Positions 47,173 through 61,189 are shown, numbered from the stretch's first letter. The stretch: 64,000 nt of DNA from Octopus vulgaris (GCA_951406725.2 OX597823.1:114948001-115012000); one strand, 5' to 3'. Program-made: numbers and translations. Notes: a model not told the origin generated them from the sequence alone.

Positions 47173-47729
47173 AAATGTGATCCATAGAGAAGAAAGAACC
47201 TGAAACCTTGTTTATGAAGAAGAAGGTTTAAGATCTCCTTGGTGGCATATGCACCAGGCTTTTCATTAGGGCTGATTACAGCTCATGGTGTGAACACACG
47301 ACTAAAGAGGAGATTTGTGGATATATTCTGGCCGTCTCATCTATTATTGTTTTAATAGGAGTTGCTATGGTGCTGAACAGCAACAGATTATATCAGACGT
47401 TGTGATGTGGAGGCTTCTGCGCCCAAATACAGGAAGAAAACCGTTCACCTACATTGGTGCTTTTGGCTGGAATACACAACGGCAAGCTAAAGATCCAGTA
47501 AAGCTAACGGGAAACCGAGATGCTTGTTGAAGGGATTGTGAGGTGGATCTTGGTTGTGAATGCTTGAAGCATGTTGCCCAGGGTATACTCTTCTTTGAAA
47601 ACAAAGCCGGGAATCATGGTTTGGAATTATTTTTGAAAATAGGTTTGATCTCTCGGTGGTTACGTTGGACGTAGAGTGTGGGGCTATATAGCATCACCAC
47701 CACCACTAACAACAACAACAACAACAGCC

Positions 47730-48260
47730 GTTCAAGAATTTGGACCTGGAGATCTCCATTTCCAGCGACTTCGAGGGCCACCTTGCAGTGCTGTCAGGCG
47801 TCAACGAAGAGCCCTCGACTACAACAAGACGACCAAAGTTTTTTTTCCAAGGTCTGGGGTCTCACGCTCCTAAGCCCTAAACCATCACCTAATCACCCTT
47901 ACCTGTCTTGTTGCTTAACAACAACAACAGCAACAACAACAAAAGAAAAACAACAGCAAAAAATCCACCTCCTTCACTCTACAATGTTCCTTCCAGAGTA
48001 TATACACCATTTCTCTTCTTGCACCAACATAATTTTGAGATTCTAAGAAACAGCAGCACATGATGTCGTTTCGATAATTGACACAATGAAACTGAAAGTT
48101 CTTTAAATAAAAATAAGCCATGCTGCTCCAGACTGATGACGAGCAAGACTCAGAAACTAGTCTCTGGATGCAGGCTTAGCTGGGTGGGGGTGCTTGTCTC
48201 CCCTTGTAAACATAAGGACACTGGAAATGTGTCAAGACCGACAGGAAGCGTTGATGCCTC
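47730..48260 (+). mobile_element. Penelope-like 3' end and pseudo-LTR remnant
   Basis: KFFFQGLGSHAPKP* resembles the PLE GIY-YIG C-terminus (LIF.LGT.AP.GLN), followed by a canonical hammerhead. Confidence 0.5.
48123..48173 (+). ncRNA. Canonical-core minimal type-I hammerhead ribozyme
   Basis: ctgc-tccaga-CTGATGA-cgag[caaga]ctca-GAAAC-ta-GTC-tctgga-t-gcag; intact core, GUC triplet, C.A at the first stem II pair. Confidence 0.8.
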
Positions 48261-48859
48261 CTAGGGCTAAATAGCGGTGGGGTGGGGTGGGGTGGTTCCC
48301 TTCGTGGAACTGTCACGTTAAGTTGACAGTATACAACAGCTCTATCGTACCACTACTGCTTATATCTCTCTGAGATATTGAGAAATGCAATATTTCTTTT
48401 TTTTTTACTATCACATTCCCAAAACCATCACATTCGCAAAACTTCAGTTTTCATACAAGTTGACTTCTCTATCGCTATTCCAATTCCAAGAAACAGCAAC
48501 GAAACCTCCTGCAAATCACATCCGACGGCCATAAATCTGTATTCCTTGACTCGCTGAAAAAAAAAAAGATGACAGTATAGTTACAAAAAGAATTGTTTAG
48601 AATCTAATGTTTTCTCAATTCAAGATTGCCTCGGGCTAACTATCAGCAGCAGCATCATCACTATCACTACCAACCACGGATCAAGGGTCAGTGTCCTCGT
48701 CTCATTAAATGCAGAATCCTTATTTGTCTTCTCCAACGTCATGGACTTATCTAACTTCAACCATTTAACCACAATTAATAGCTTTTAATTAATAGCTTCT
48801 AATTAATAGCTTTCATATTGCGATATTTATGATTTTAAACTGCTGGGTCCAAATTACTG

Positions 48860-48911
48860 AACCCGTATCATAGTTCTGTATTAATTGTGTCTCTGACTCA
48901 CTCATGATAGT

Positions 48912-48944
<33 letters not shown>

Positions 48945-49080
48945 CTCTCTCTCTTCAGCACGGAAACACACATACATACACACACACGCACACACATGCA
49001 CACACACGCGCACACACACACACTCTCAGACATATGTATGCGTGTGTGTGTGCATGTATATGTGTGTGTGCGCGGAGACA

Positions 49081-49113
<33 letters not shown>

Positions 49114-49119
49114 AGAGAA

Positions 49120-49154
<35 letters not shown>

Positions 49155-49200
49155 ACTGTCATGAGTAAGTCAAAGACAATACAGAACTATGGAAACGGTT
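48860..49200. repeat. ~340-bp imperfect palindrome with mirrored microsatellites
   Basis: catagttctgtatt..tgact.actcatga.agttc(TC)n..(CA)n | (TG)n..(GA)n gaact.tcatgagt.agtca..aatacagaactatg. Confidence 0.8.
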
Positions 49201-49214
49201 AGCTAGCTAACGAA

Positions 49215-49237
49215 ATAGATAGATAGACAGATCGATC

Positions 49238-49305
<68 letters not shown>

Positions 49306-49442
49306 GTCAGTCAGACAGACAGACAGACAGACAGACAGACTGACTGACTGACTGACTGACTGACTGACTGACAGACAAACTGACTGACTGACAGACAGAC
49401 TGATAGATATGACTGTATGTATGTATGTATGTATATATGTAT
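49215..49442. repeat. (GATA)n/(GACA)n/(GACT)n compound microsatellite
   Basis: Direct reading. Confidence 0.95.
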
Positions 49443-49899
49443 GATTTTTCTTAGGTTCTTAAGAGAGTTCCAGCTGGCCGCTTGTGTTGGTGTGAACCAT
49501 CGATGCATACACGTAAGTGTTTGCATATTCTCACATAAGAATCTCACATGGAGAATTTTTGGAATGTCTTACAAATGTTCTCTGTGTTGCTAATAGATCG
49601 GATTTAGAAAATTCGCTTCAGTTTTTTTTACTCTATTGTCGTGAAACCGAGTATTTCTAGGTTTTTGTGCAAATTTGCTGCTACATAAATTAATGCATCT
49701 ATGATGATAGGAACAAATGAAATTTATAGTCAGGGTACAAGAGCTGCAAGTTTTGCATTAATTCAGCATTAACATTCTATGTATGCATGCATGCATGTAT
49801 GTATGTATCTATCTATGTATGTTCTCGCTCTCCTTTTAATTAAGAGTAAAGTTTAACCGATCACCTATTTGGTGTCAGGGTTGTGAAAGAGAGCATCTT

Positions 49900-50220
49900 G
49901 TTTTGGCCGTCAGCCTTTAAACCTTAACAACGTCTTGCAGATCTTTATAGTCCCAGATATCGAGATCGTTTGTAACCTATGAATTAAGGATTTGCGTGCC
50001 ACACCAAAGACATCAGGTTCAGTCTTACTTTACCCCAGACGGATTGGTATGTGTCCTCTTGTTCTAATAATAATGGGTGTGAAGCTGATAGTGTATCTTG
50101 GGGACTGGATTTTCAAACTCCTTATCAATGGTCCATCGATGTCCTCTTTCTCTCTTGTATTTTTGTAATCACATTCGTGTCCAGAGGGCATCTGGCTTCT
50201 ACAACAGAACATTTTTTGTG
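49900..50220 (-). pseudogene. Decayed 3' end of another REL-type non-LTR retrotransposon
   Basis: KEDIDGPLIRSLKIQSPRYTISFTPIIIRTRGHIP..KSLIHRLQTISISGTIKICKTLLRF resembles REL C-termini (K..Y..L..PIIIGA.G..GT.KI.K). Confidence 0.6.
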
Positions 50221-50489
50221 GTATGTTATGCATGTATGCATGCATGTATGTATGTCCTTATTCAGGTTATTTCAGGATTTCTGCCAACAGAGAAAGAACT
50301 GGCAGAAATTAATCTAAGGATCCTTCATGTGTGCGCGCATGTATGTATCTATGAATGTATGTACGTACGTATGTATGTATCTATATATCGATGTATCTAT
50401 GTATCGATGTATGTATGTATGCACTTATGTATATAAGTATGTATGTATGCATGTATGTATGTATATATGTTTGTATGTTTGAATGTATC

Positions 50490-50562
<73 letters not shown>

Positions 50563-50612
50563 ATGAATGCATGTATGTATGTATGTATGTTTGTTTGTAT
50601 GTTTGAATGTTT

Positions 50613-50681
<69 letters not shown>

Positions 50682-51102
50682 AATGCATGTATGTATGTAT
50701 GCATGTATGTATGTCCTTATTCAGTTTATTTCAAGATTTCTTGCCAACAAAGAACCACTTTCTAAGCTAGATCTAAGGTTCCTTCATGTATGCATGCATA
50801 TATGTATGTATGTATGCATGCAAGTATGCATGTATGGATGTATGTACGTACATGTGTATGTATCTATGCATCGATGTATCTATGTATAGATGTATGTGTA
50901 TGTATGTACTTATGTATATAAGTACGTATGTATGTATACATGTATGTATGTATGTATATATGTTTGTATGTATGTTTGTATCTATGTATATATATATATA
51001 TGTGTGTATGATTGCATGTACGCATGTATGCTTGTATGTATGCATGCTTGTATGTATGTATGTATGTATGTATATATGTATGTATGTTTGTATGTATGTA
51101 TA
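50221..51102. repeat. (TATG)n-rich block with two copies of a ~75-bp interspersed unit (50251, 50711); third copy at ~52125
   Basis: atgtccttattcag.ttatttca.gatt..tgccaa..aaagaac..atctaagg.tccttcat recurs. Confidence 0.8.
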
Positions 51103-52535
51103 CTGCTCGACTGGGTTAAACGTTAAACAGTTTCCATGGTAACAAAAAATTTACTAATGACTGAAACGCCAAATACAGACATTCATAACCACATCGCCAT
51201 TCCACTACCATTCCCATGATAACCATGACCATCACCATCACCATCAATACTGATATCTCCTCCACCACCACGACCACCAGTATCATCGCCATTACTTGTA
51301 CTAACACTACAACCATTACCACCGCCATGGACACTGCTTCGAGCAACAATAGTATCCCTCCCACCACTACCGTCACCACCACAACCACCATCACCAATAA
51401 TACCATCGTTACTGGCATCATTACGGCCACCAACACCATAATTTCAAAACTACCACCGGCTCTATCACTGTCATCATCATCATCATCATCATCACACTAC
51501 TATCACAACACAACGACCACCAACCACCACAACTACTATCACCAACACCACCACTACAAATAGGTGTACTACTACTACTACTACTTCTTCTACTACAACT
51601 GATACTAGAAGTACAACTAAACTTCGGTGGAAAATCAATAATGATTAAATCTTCTGTCCAGTATTGGTAAACCAATCCAATACGGAGTGACCAACACGAA
51701 CTGACCAACTGTAAAATCCGACCAAGATTCCACAAACGGACAGAGAAGGATTAACGCTCAGACTTGTCTCTCGGTTGCCATATCTGAGTTGGTTCGTTAA
51801 TAATCTCTAACTGTCCATGAACCGAGGATTTGGGATGTGCCGAGAATGGAGGTTAACCAGTGCAGAATCACAGAAGTAAGAACATCAAAACTCCAAGGTA
51901 CTGCAGTTCTTTGATTTAGAAAAAATAGAAGAAAAAAGAAAAGAAAAACAGAGAAATAAAGCCATGTCATTCGCAAGAAGTGGTTAACAAACATGAACAC
52001 GCGCACGCACACACAAACACACACTCACATATATACATGCATTTATTTATGCATGTATGTATGAATGAATGCACCCAAACCTGTATGTATGTATGTATTT
52101 ATGTAGTTATGTATTCATGTATGTATGTCATTATACAGGTTTATTTGAAGATGTCTTGCCAATAAAGAAAGAACCGGTTTCTAACCTAGATCCAAGGCTC
52201 CGTCATTGGAATTTCAACATCAACAACAGGGTATTTTTGTATATATGTATATATGTATATATGTATGTATGTACGTACGTTTGGTGTGTGTGTGTGTGTA
52301 TACGTGCAGATTTGTACGTTTTCTTTTACGTATGTCTTCGTATGCATAGAGTTGCATATCTAGACATGCTCATTCATACTTAAATGATAAACTTCTGGAA
52401 AGTTTTACAGATTTTTACAGTTCCAGTGATAGCTTGAATTTGTAGTGTTCAAATCAGCTTTCTCCTTTCTGGCTTTGAGAAACCTAATTTATCAAGATTG
52501 GTATTTAGGCAGTGTGTTACATATTCCAGGGCCCC

Positions 52536-52536
<1 letters not shown>

Positions 52537-52566
<30 letters not shown>

Positions 52567-52684
52567 TGTATGTATGTATGTATGTATGTATGTATGTATG
52601 TATGTATGTATGTATGTATGTATGTATGTATGTATGTATGTATGTATGTATGTATGTATGTATGTATGTATGTATGTATGTATG
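52537..52684. repeat. (TATG)n microsatellite
   Basis: Direct reading. Confidence 0.98.
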
Positions 52685-52788
52685 TCTTTATGTATGTACG
52701 CATGTATTTATGCATGCATATATGTATGCACGTACCTACGTACATACATATGTATGTATGTATGTACGTATGCATGCATGCATGTATG

Positions 52789-52824
<36 letters not shown>

Positions 52825-52839
52825 CGTGTGTGTGTATGT

Positions 52840-53105
52840 GAAGGTGCATGGCTCAGCGTCGAGCTTACGATCGTGAGGTTGTAAGCTCGAATCCCGGACC
52901 GGAGTGCGTGTTTTGTTCTTGAGCAAGACACTTTATTTCACGTTGCACCAACTGTAGAAATAAGTTGCGACGTATCGGCCTTTGCCTTTCCCTTGGATAA
53001 CACTGGTGGTGTGGAGAGGGTAGGCCGATATGCATGGCCGACTGCTGGTCTTCCATAAACAACCTTGCCCGGAATTGTGCCTGCGAGGGTAACTCTCTAG
53101 GTTCA
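52840..53105 (+). mobile_element. SINE family C
   Basis: Homologous to 40515-40850. Confidence 0.85.
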
Positions 53106-53319
53106 GTCCTACATATATATGTGTGTATATATATATGTATTAGAAATAGTTTTAAAAAGTTTTTTTAGCTACTATTTCTAATGAGTTCAGTATGTGGCAA
53201 AGTAATTTATTTTACTAAGCCCTTTTATATAATGTAATAATTTGAATTCGCCTTAAATGGTCCCTTTACATACTGAATACTTGGTGAAATTGATTAATAA
53301 TTAATTAATTTTTACCCTC

Positions 53320-53355
<36 letters not shown>

Positions 53356-54183
53356 TTTTATTAAACTCTGAGTAACAGTTTTTATGATAATTTTGCAGCT
53401 TTAATGAAAGCATATTGCTCTACTTTTGGTATTCAAGATTCGAGTACTATTTTTCCTACTTTGTTTTGCACTTATGGTCTCACCTGTGTGTGTGTGTGTG
53501 TAAATAGACAGTTGCATGCATACATACATACTTACATATATACATGCATACATACATACATATGCACACATGTATATGTTTGTTCCTGTGTGTGAAAAGT
53601 GTTGGGCGGGGGGGGGGGGTCTGTAGCGATATCTACATGAATATACACGTGTGTATGTCTCCGTGTATGCACGAATGTATGTTTGTGCATCCGCTAAAAA
53701 TAAAGCAGAAGTAAGCCGGGAGGCAAATATCAGACGTAGAAGGTGTCTCCATTCGACACAATTACCGATTCTTTTGGGGTTTTTTTTTATTGTTCTTGTT
53801 GTTGCCGTTGTTTTCTGTTAGGGAAAGATTGTGTTGTTCTTATTTGTTTGTTTTAGCTTTTTTTTTTTGTTGCTTTGTCTTGTCATATACTTATGTATAA
53901 ATCATCTGCAATAACAGTCTATATTAATTTCCATTTCAACGTAAAACACGAATTTATCAGACAGAGAAAATCATTCGGTAAACAATGTGGTAGTAAATAG
54001 CAGTTTGTTAAGACTATCTTCTGCCGTGACATTATTAATTGCTCTCCAGATAAATAAGAACGGGAAAGAGAAAAAAAACTGTTAGTGAAATGAAAGAAGG
54101 AGCGAGTTAAAAAGTGTTTCGCTTTCTTAATGTGCGTGCGTGTGTGCGTATGTGCGTGTGTGTGTGTGTGTTTGTGTGTGCGC

Positions 54184-54214
<31 letters not shown>

Positions 54215-54353
54215 CGTGGTTTCTTTCTTTCTTTTTTTGCCACTTGCAATTGAAACTATGCCAAACTGAACATAATGACATGATTTTTCTCGTATCCAAT
54301 TGAACATTCAGACACCATCCCTAGTTTGATAAAAAAAAAACTACAAACGAAAC

Positions 54354-54381
54354 GAGTAGTAGTAACAGTAGTAGTAGTAAC

Positions 54382-54458
<77 letters not shown>
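54354..54458. repeat. (AGT)n microsatellite
   Basis: Direct reading. Confidence 0.97.
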
Positions 54459-54645
54459 CGACAACAACAGCATCACTATGGATGACATTTTATCTTCGTT
54501 TTTTTTCATACTTCTGTACTTTTCTCTTTCTCTTCTTTCTCTTCTTTTTCTTTTCCTTTCTTTCTTCTTTCATTTTTTTCCTATATACACACACAAACAT
54601 ATACATATATACATACACACCAACACACACATATATATATACACA

Positions 54646-54692
<47 letters not shown>

Positions 54693-55177
54693 TTGCTACC
54701 TTCTACACACACATACTCACACACATATATATATACACTTTTTTTTAATTCAGTGGAACAAACGAGACTAATACAGTTTCCAGTAAGGCCTTTGTGATAT
54801 TTTTGTTTGCTTTAACAACATTATCATAATGACTGACTCTTAGCCATTGTTTTTTTTTTTTGTTTTGTTGTTTTCCTGTCTGTATTTTTTAGTGTATTTT
54901 GCGATTTATCCGAGAAAGTGAGAGAGACAAGATTAAAAAACGCAGAAAGCCATTGACTCGCTTTCTTCTTTTCAATGTGTTGTTCTTGAAGCGACGAGAG
55001 ATTCTAGTTTTAATTTCCTCTCTCTTATCTCTTGCATTTCTTTTATATTCACTTGCTATTTCACTGTAGCTTTTGCTGAGATATTACTAATTCTAAAGTG
55101 AAGCATAAAGCGGGATCATGTTATCGTGGTCATGTCGTCACTCTTAATAGATAAAATTAATATTAAAGTAAGCGTAA

Positions 55178-56258
55178 AGCGGCGAGCTGGCAGAATCGTT
55201 TGCACCCTTGGCGAAAATGCTCTTCGGCATTTCGTCAGTTTTTACGTTCTGATTTCAAATTCCGCCGAAGTCGACTCTGCTTTTTATCCATCGAAGTCGA
55301 TAAAATAAGTACCAGTTCAGTATTGGGTTCGATGAAAGCGGCTCATCCTCACCACTAAATTGCTGTCCTTGTATTAAGATATGAAACCAATATGCTTTTC
55401 TACTCTAGGCACAAGTCCCGAAATTTGGAGGGAGGAGAGCCAGTCGATTAGTCAACCCCAATACGCAACTGGTGCTTAATTTGTCGACGTCGAAAGGATG
55501 AAAGGCAAAGTCAACCTCAGCGGAATTTGAACTCAGAACGTAGCATCAGACGAAATATCGCTAAGCATTTCGCCCGGCGTGCTAACGTTTCTTATTTCCT
55601 TACTGCCCACAAGGGGCTACACTCAGAGGGGACAAACAAGGACAGACAAACGGATTAAGTTGATTATATAGACCACGTTGCGTAACTGATACTTGTTTAA
55701 TCAACCCCGAAATGATAAATGGCAAAGTCGAACTCGACGGAATTTGAACTCAGAACGTAGTGTCAGACGAAATACCTATTTCTTTACTACCCACAAGGGG
55801 CTAAACACAGAGGGGACAAACAACGACAGACAAACGGATTAAGTCGATTATATCGACCCCAGTGCGTAACTAGTACTTATTTAATCGACCCTGAAAGGAT
55901 GAAAGGCAAAGTCGACCTCGGCGGAATTTGAACTCAGAACGTAGCATCAGACGAAATACCGCTAAGCATTACGCCCGGCGTGCTAACGTTTCTGCCAGCT
56001 CGCCGCCTTAATATGAAACCAATATCAAAGCAATCGTAAGCTGGCAGTGAGCTGGCAGAAACGTTAGCACGCCGGGCAAAATGCTTAGTGGCATTTCGTC
56101 CGCCTTCACGTTCTGAGTTCAAATTTCGCTGTGGTCGACTTTGGCTTTCATCGTTTCGGGGTCAATAAAATAAGTGCCCGTTGAACACTGGAGTCGATGT
56201 AATCGACTTATCTTTTCCCACGAAATTGCTGTCCTTGTGCCAAAATTTGAAACCAATA
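55178..56258. mobile_element. Nested cluster of ~5 SINE family A copies in both orientations
   Basis: Plus copies at ~55178-55390 and ~56043-56258; minus copies at ~55397-55590, ~55592-55775 and ~55776-56010. Confidence 0.88.
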
Positions 56259-56728
56259 TTGAAATAATCGTATATCCAGTATAATCTTATTAGGGTTATC
56301 CAAAAATAAAGGAGTCTAGGTCTGTGCCAGAGTGATAAAAATAAATCTAGAGGAACAGTCTTAGGAGCAAAACAATGAGAATACAAACTATGTAATATTA
56401 TACAAAAGTTTGCATTATAGAATTTTAAGTTTCTATTAAATTATCAGAAGTTTGTTATATTATCCCTGTATCGACCAGAACTAACGGATGTTGCTAGACG
56501 CCAGCGGCCATAACGTGCTTTTTCGTATTTGTTGTAACTTTTATTGGGTGGCCATTCCTCTGGCTGGACGGACAGTCAACAGACCCTTCGAACGGGACTT
56601 CCAAATAAAATTGCAACGGCGTGACGTAAGCAGGAACTAACAATTTATATGTGCGTCTATCTTAATTTGCCACTATATATATATGAATTCAATTCGTCTC
56701 CAGTCGAAAGACGCCTGTTGTTATGTCC

Positions 56729-56805
<77 letters not shown>

Positions 56806-57251
56806 TTTTGTATTATTTTTGTATTTATATTCGTGTAACAACGTCCGTTTTACCGTCCTTCGTATACATTCGATGCTTTTTTCCAAGGAATCTAATGCTC
56901 TTAACTTAGTTTTTCCATGGGGCTGGCCAGATTGGAGCAATTTCAAGATTAATCAGCCGAAATTGCGAGGATGATCCGGTTCTTGACTGGAGATTAAAGG
57001 CTTCAAATGACCTGTCCGTGTATTTTGTATCGTCTATCTGGATGTTTTGCGTTCTTGTACCATTTTGTATTATGTATATATATATACATATGGAGAGACT
57101 GTGTTTGTGTGTGACAGAGTAAGAGAGTGAGTGAGAGAGAGAGAGAGAAGGAGAGACAGAGAGAGGGAGAAAGGGCGATATAGTTAAGTGAGCAGACTAA
57201 TACTGAAATAATACAGAAACAAATTAGCGGCACTTTGTGACTTGGGAAATA

Positions 57252-57673
57252 CTCTTTACTCTTTACTCTCTTTTACTTGTTTCAGTCATTTGACTGCGGC
57301 CATGCTGGAACACCGCCTTTAATCGAGCAAATCGACCCCGGGACTTATTATTTTGTAAGCCCAGTACTTATTCTATCGGTCTCTTTTTTTTACCGAAATG
57401 CTAAGTAACGGGGACATAAACACACCAGCATCGGTTGTCAAGCAATGCTAGGGGCACAAACACAGACACACAAACACACACACGCATACATATATATATA
57501 CATAAATACGACGGGCTTCTTTCAGTTTCCGTCTACCAAATCCACTCACAAGGCTTTGGTCGGCCCGAGGCTATAGTAGAAGACACTTGCCCAAGGTGCC
57601 ACACAGTGGGACTGAACCCGGAATCATGTGGTTGGTAAACAAGCTACTTACCACACAGCCACTCCTGCGCCTA
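57252..57673 (-). mobile_element. SINE family B, full length
   Basis: Reverse complement of 26286-26734. Confidence 0.93.
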
Positions 57674-57682
57674 TTTCAAAAA

Positions 57683-57897
57683 TCTTTTCTACTCTAGGCA
57701 CAAGGCCCGAAATTTGGTGGGAGGGTATCAGTCTATTAGATCGACCGCAGTACGCAACTGGTACTTAATTTATCGACCCCGAAAGGATGAAAGGCAAAGT
57801 CGACCTCGGCGGAATTTGAACTCAGAACGTAGCGGCAGACGAAATACCGCTAAGCATATCGCCCGGCGTGCTAACGTTTCTGCCAGTTCGCCGCCTT
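57683..57897 (-). mobile_element. SINE family A (alternative tail ..ccttgtgcctagagtagaaaag)
   Basis: Head and central domain near-identical to the other family A copies. Confidence 0.9.
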
Positions 57898-58001
57898 AAT
57901 TTATATTTCAAAATTGCGAGAAATACACAGTTACACAAACACACAGGCAAATACACACACACACACACACACACACGGGCACACGAAACACTTTATATAC
58001 A

Positions 58002-58041
<40 letters not shown>

Positions 58042-58194
58042 TTCTCACACACCCATATGTGCAGTTGATTTATGTTGTTATAAGAAAGTATTTTATCAAA
58101 TTCACTGCCTTTTATGTATTTTGTGCTGATCTATTTGATAACAACAAATATTCTCATCTTGTTCCAGAATTATCTAGCTACATTTGTATCCTAC

Positions 58195-58745
58195 CCCTTT
58201 GATGTCTTGTTTCTACGTTCTAACAACCGGATATCCACTCACCTTGATATTCTGAAACCCTGATATCCTAGTAGTCTGATATCCAGTCAAATTGATATCT
58301 TGTCTCCTTAATATTCTGCTACACTAATATCCTGTCACATTGATATTCTTCTATACTAATATCCTGCCACACTGATATTCTGTCATCCTGATATTCTGAA
58401 ACCTTGGTATCCTGGAAGTCTGATAACCTGTCACATTGATAACCTACCACCCCGATATCCAGTCATCCTGATATTTTTAAACCCTGATATCCTGTAAATT
58501 TGGTATCCAGTCACATTGATATCTTGTCATCTTGTTATTGTGCTACACCGATATCCTATCACCCTGATATCCTGAAAATCTGATACCCGGTCACATAGAC
58601 ATCCTGCCACATTGATATCCTCTCATCCTGATATCTGTCACATTGACATTATATCACACTGATATCCTGTCTGACTACTATCCTCCCAGTGATATCCTAC
58701 ATACTGATATCTGTACGCCTACTACCCTACCACTCTAATATCTTG
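58195..58745. repeat. Degenerate ~17-bp minisatellite (consensus ~ctgatatcctgtcacac), ~30 units
   Basis: tgatatc recurs about every 17 bp. Confidence 0.85.
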
Positions 58746-61189
58746 TTACGCAATTATACTGACCTTTGCTTTTCCATTCTTCCTTAATTGTCCAGTAGTC
58801 GACATTTTCAGTGTCGCTCAGCTGACTGTGACCAAGGTGAGTAATCAACCAGCTGTGACCAGCTTAAAATGTCCATTAGTTACATATAAGCTGTGTGAAA
58901 AGAGAACATTCTGGACAAAGTTGATGTTTTCCTCCCTGACACAGATCGATTACTTTCTTCAATATACTCGGATATTGGAACAAATTAATGTCTTCTGCGT
59001 CTTGTTCAGACCAGCATCAATAGCATTTTATTAAATTTAATTTCTCCCTTGTAACAAACTTATGTTTTTGTTTGTTTCTGTTGTAGTTTTTTTTCTGTCC
59101 TTGCAAATATATAAGTGCTTCAGTTAAGGGACTTAATATATATTTTTTTCCATGTAGAATCTTAATTAAAAACTGTTCGACAAATTTAATGATACATTTT
59201 ATATTTGCTTAATATTAAATCTGATGCTTGTCTTATAATGTTATTAACATTATGATTTTCCGTTTATATTTCAAATATCCATGTAAACCTAAATTTACTT
59301 CTAACAAAATTTGACCTTGTACGACGTTAAATCTGAGGTAGTCAATCTTTATTGGTCTATAAGCCTTTCCTTTAAACTACAGAAAGCACTTGACGCCCTT
59401 TGGTGTGACTTCTAATGTAAAATTTTATCAAGCTATAAAATGTTTACTGGTCTACAGATCAATACCAGTTTGATTTTTTTTCTGCTCTAATTATCAGATT
59501 TATAACCTCTAGCCACAGTTTAACATTATTTTATCAAAAATAACGGCAACCAAGGATTAACTTTTCAGATTCTAATCTAAAAATCATATCGATCTTTCCT
59601 TATCAATCTTGTAATGCATCAGTTTTTTTTTTTAATCGAAGGACCTGTGTAGACATATTTATTGATGCGTGAAAACCTATGATCTAGACAATTTGAATCA
59701 TTAATTGGTGTTGATATATCGAACTATTTTCAACGTTCAAATAACAATTTTGAGTAAGTTCTTTAACATCGTTTACTTATATTTCTCTACTGAAAATAAA
59801 TGGCTAGTAGCCTGGGGTTTTCGAACTCAACTACATTTCCTGCCGTGTATTTGCCACTGCACTAATAAAACTAAGAGAAGCAACTATAAATTTTATCATA
59901 CTATTAATGATATTAGAAAGATAAAATGGTGACATAACTCAGAGACGTACGTAGCGGTGACATAGTTCATGAAGTGGTTTACATAAAACGCTATACTGGT
60001 AAACGTTTGTACAATTGTCCATTAATAGATGCGCTTAAACCTGTGATCAGAGCTAATAGGAAAAGGCAGACAATACAAAAGCACGATATTTGAAATTGCT
60101 CTTCTTTAAAGTTCATCTTTGCGCTATTCCTTCTTTCACTTTTTTTCCTTTTTATTTCCCAACTAAATATTTTTCTTCCAGAACTTAATTTCTATTTACC
60201 TATCCACCCCTATCCTTCGCTCCACTTGTTTCTTATTCTCATTCACTTTCTTGCATAAGTTTCACTTAATTTCCATACACCATATCTGTCCTATCTTAGT
60301 TTTCAGCAAAATAAAAAAAAAGGAAAAATATTCAAGCCAGCATCTCCATACATAATATCTGACTCAGCTATGGAAAACAGGTTTCTTATATCAATCGGTT
60401 ATTTGCGGAAACGGAAGAGTTTAAATAGATTTTATTGTTGTTCTTTATTATGTATATTTACCTTAATATCATATCACCAAACACGAGGAGACATACGGCC
60501 TGGATGAACATCAAGTATGTAACCACGAGAACGTATTGGCATCTTTATTTTTACTTTTTTATACATACAAATGTTTGAGTGTTGTGAATGTCTGTGTGTA
60601 TGTACAAATATACACACAGACTCAGACACGCACACACACACACACATCAGTTATACATAGACAAATATACAGAGAACGAGAGGAAGGAAGAAAGTGAGGA
60701 AGAGAGCGAGATGATAGGATAAACCCAGACTATCAGTGCTTGCAACCTTTTCCTTGAACTGAAACGGGAAGCATTTTTGTGTGAGTCTGCTCGGTCAGTA
60801 CACAGGATCACACTCATCAAGGCTTTTACCAAACATTCTTACGGCCCCATATAGGAACTGGCTGCTTTTCAGACCCAAATTATTTTGCTAGAGAATTTTG
60901 AATGGATAATAGGTTCCAGATATAGAATATACAGACACTTATTAATCACTGAATCACTACAATACTGCCTTTGTGGATGAATCGAGGAGGTCGGATGCTA
61001 GGGGAAAGCCCTGTGGGAGAAAATAATATTTTACCTGTTTTATGTACAAACTGGTCAGATTAGGCCCCTCACACCCACCTTACTCTGTCATTTTAAAAAT
61101 AAACAGTCACTTCATCAAAATCTCAGAGACTTACCGGATAATGCGTGACTAATTAGAAATAATGTGAATAAATATACCTTACATTTGAC

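Noticed and set aside
47180-47680. Minus-strand PLE linker/GIY-YIG remnant
   Set aside because: Only faint motif resemblance across several frameshifts; not supportable without a translated search.
58195-58745. CRISPR-like array
   Set aside because: Contiguous degenerate 17-bp units without spacers.
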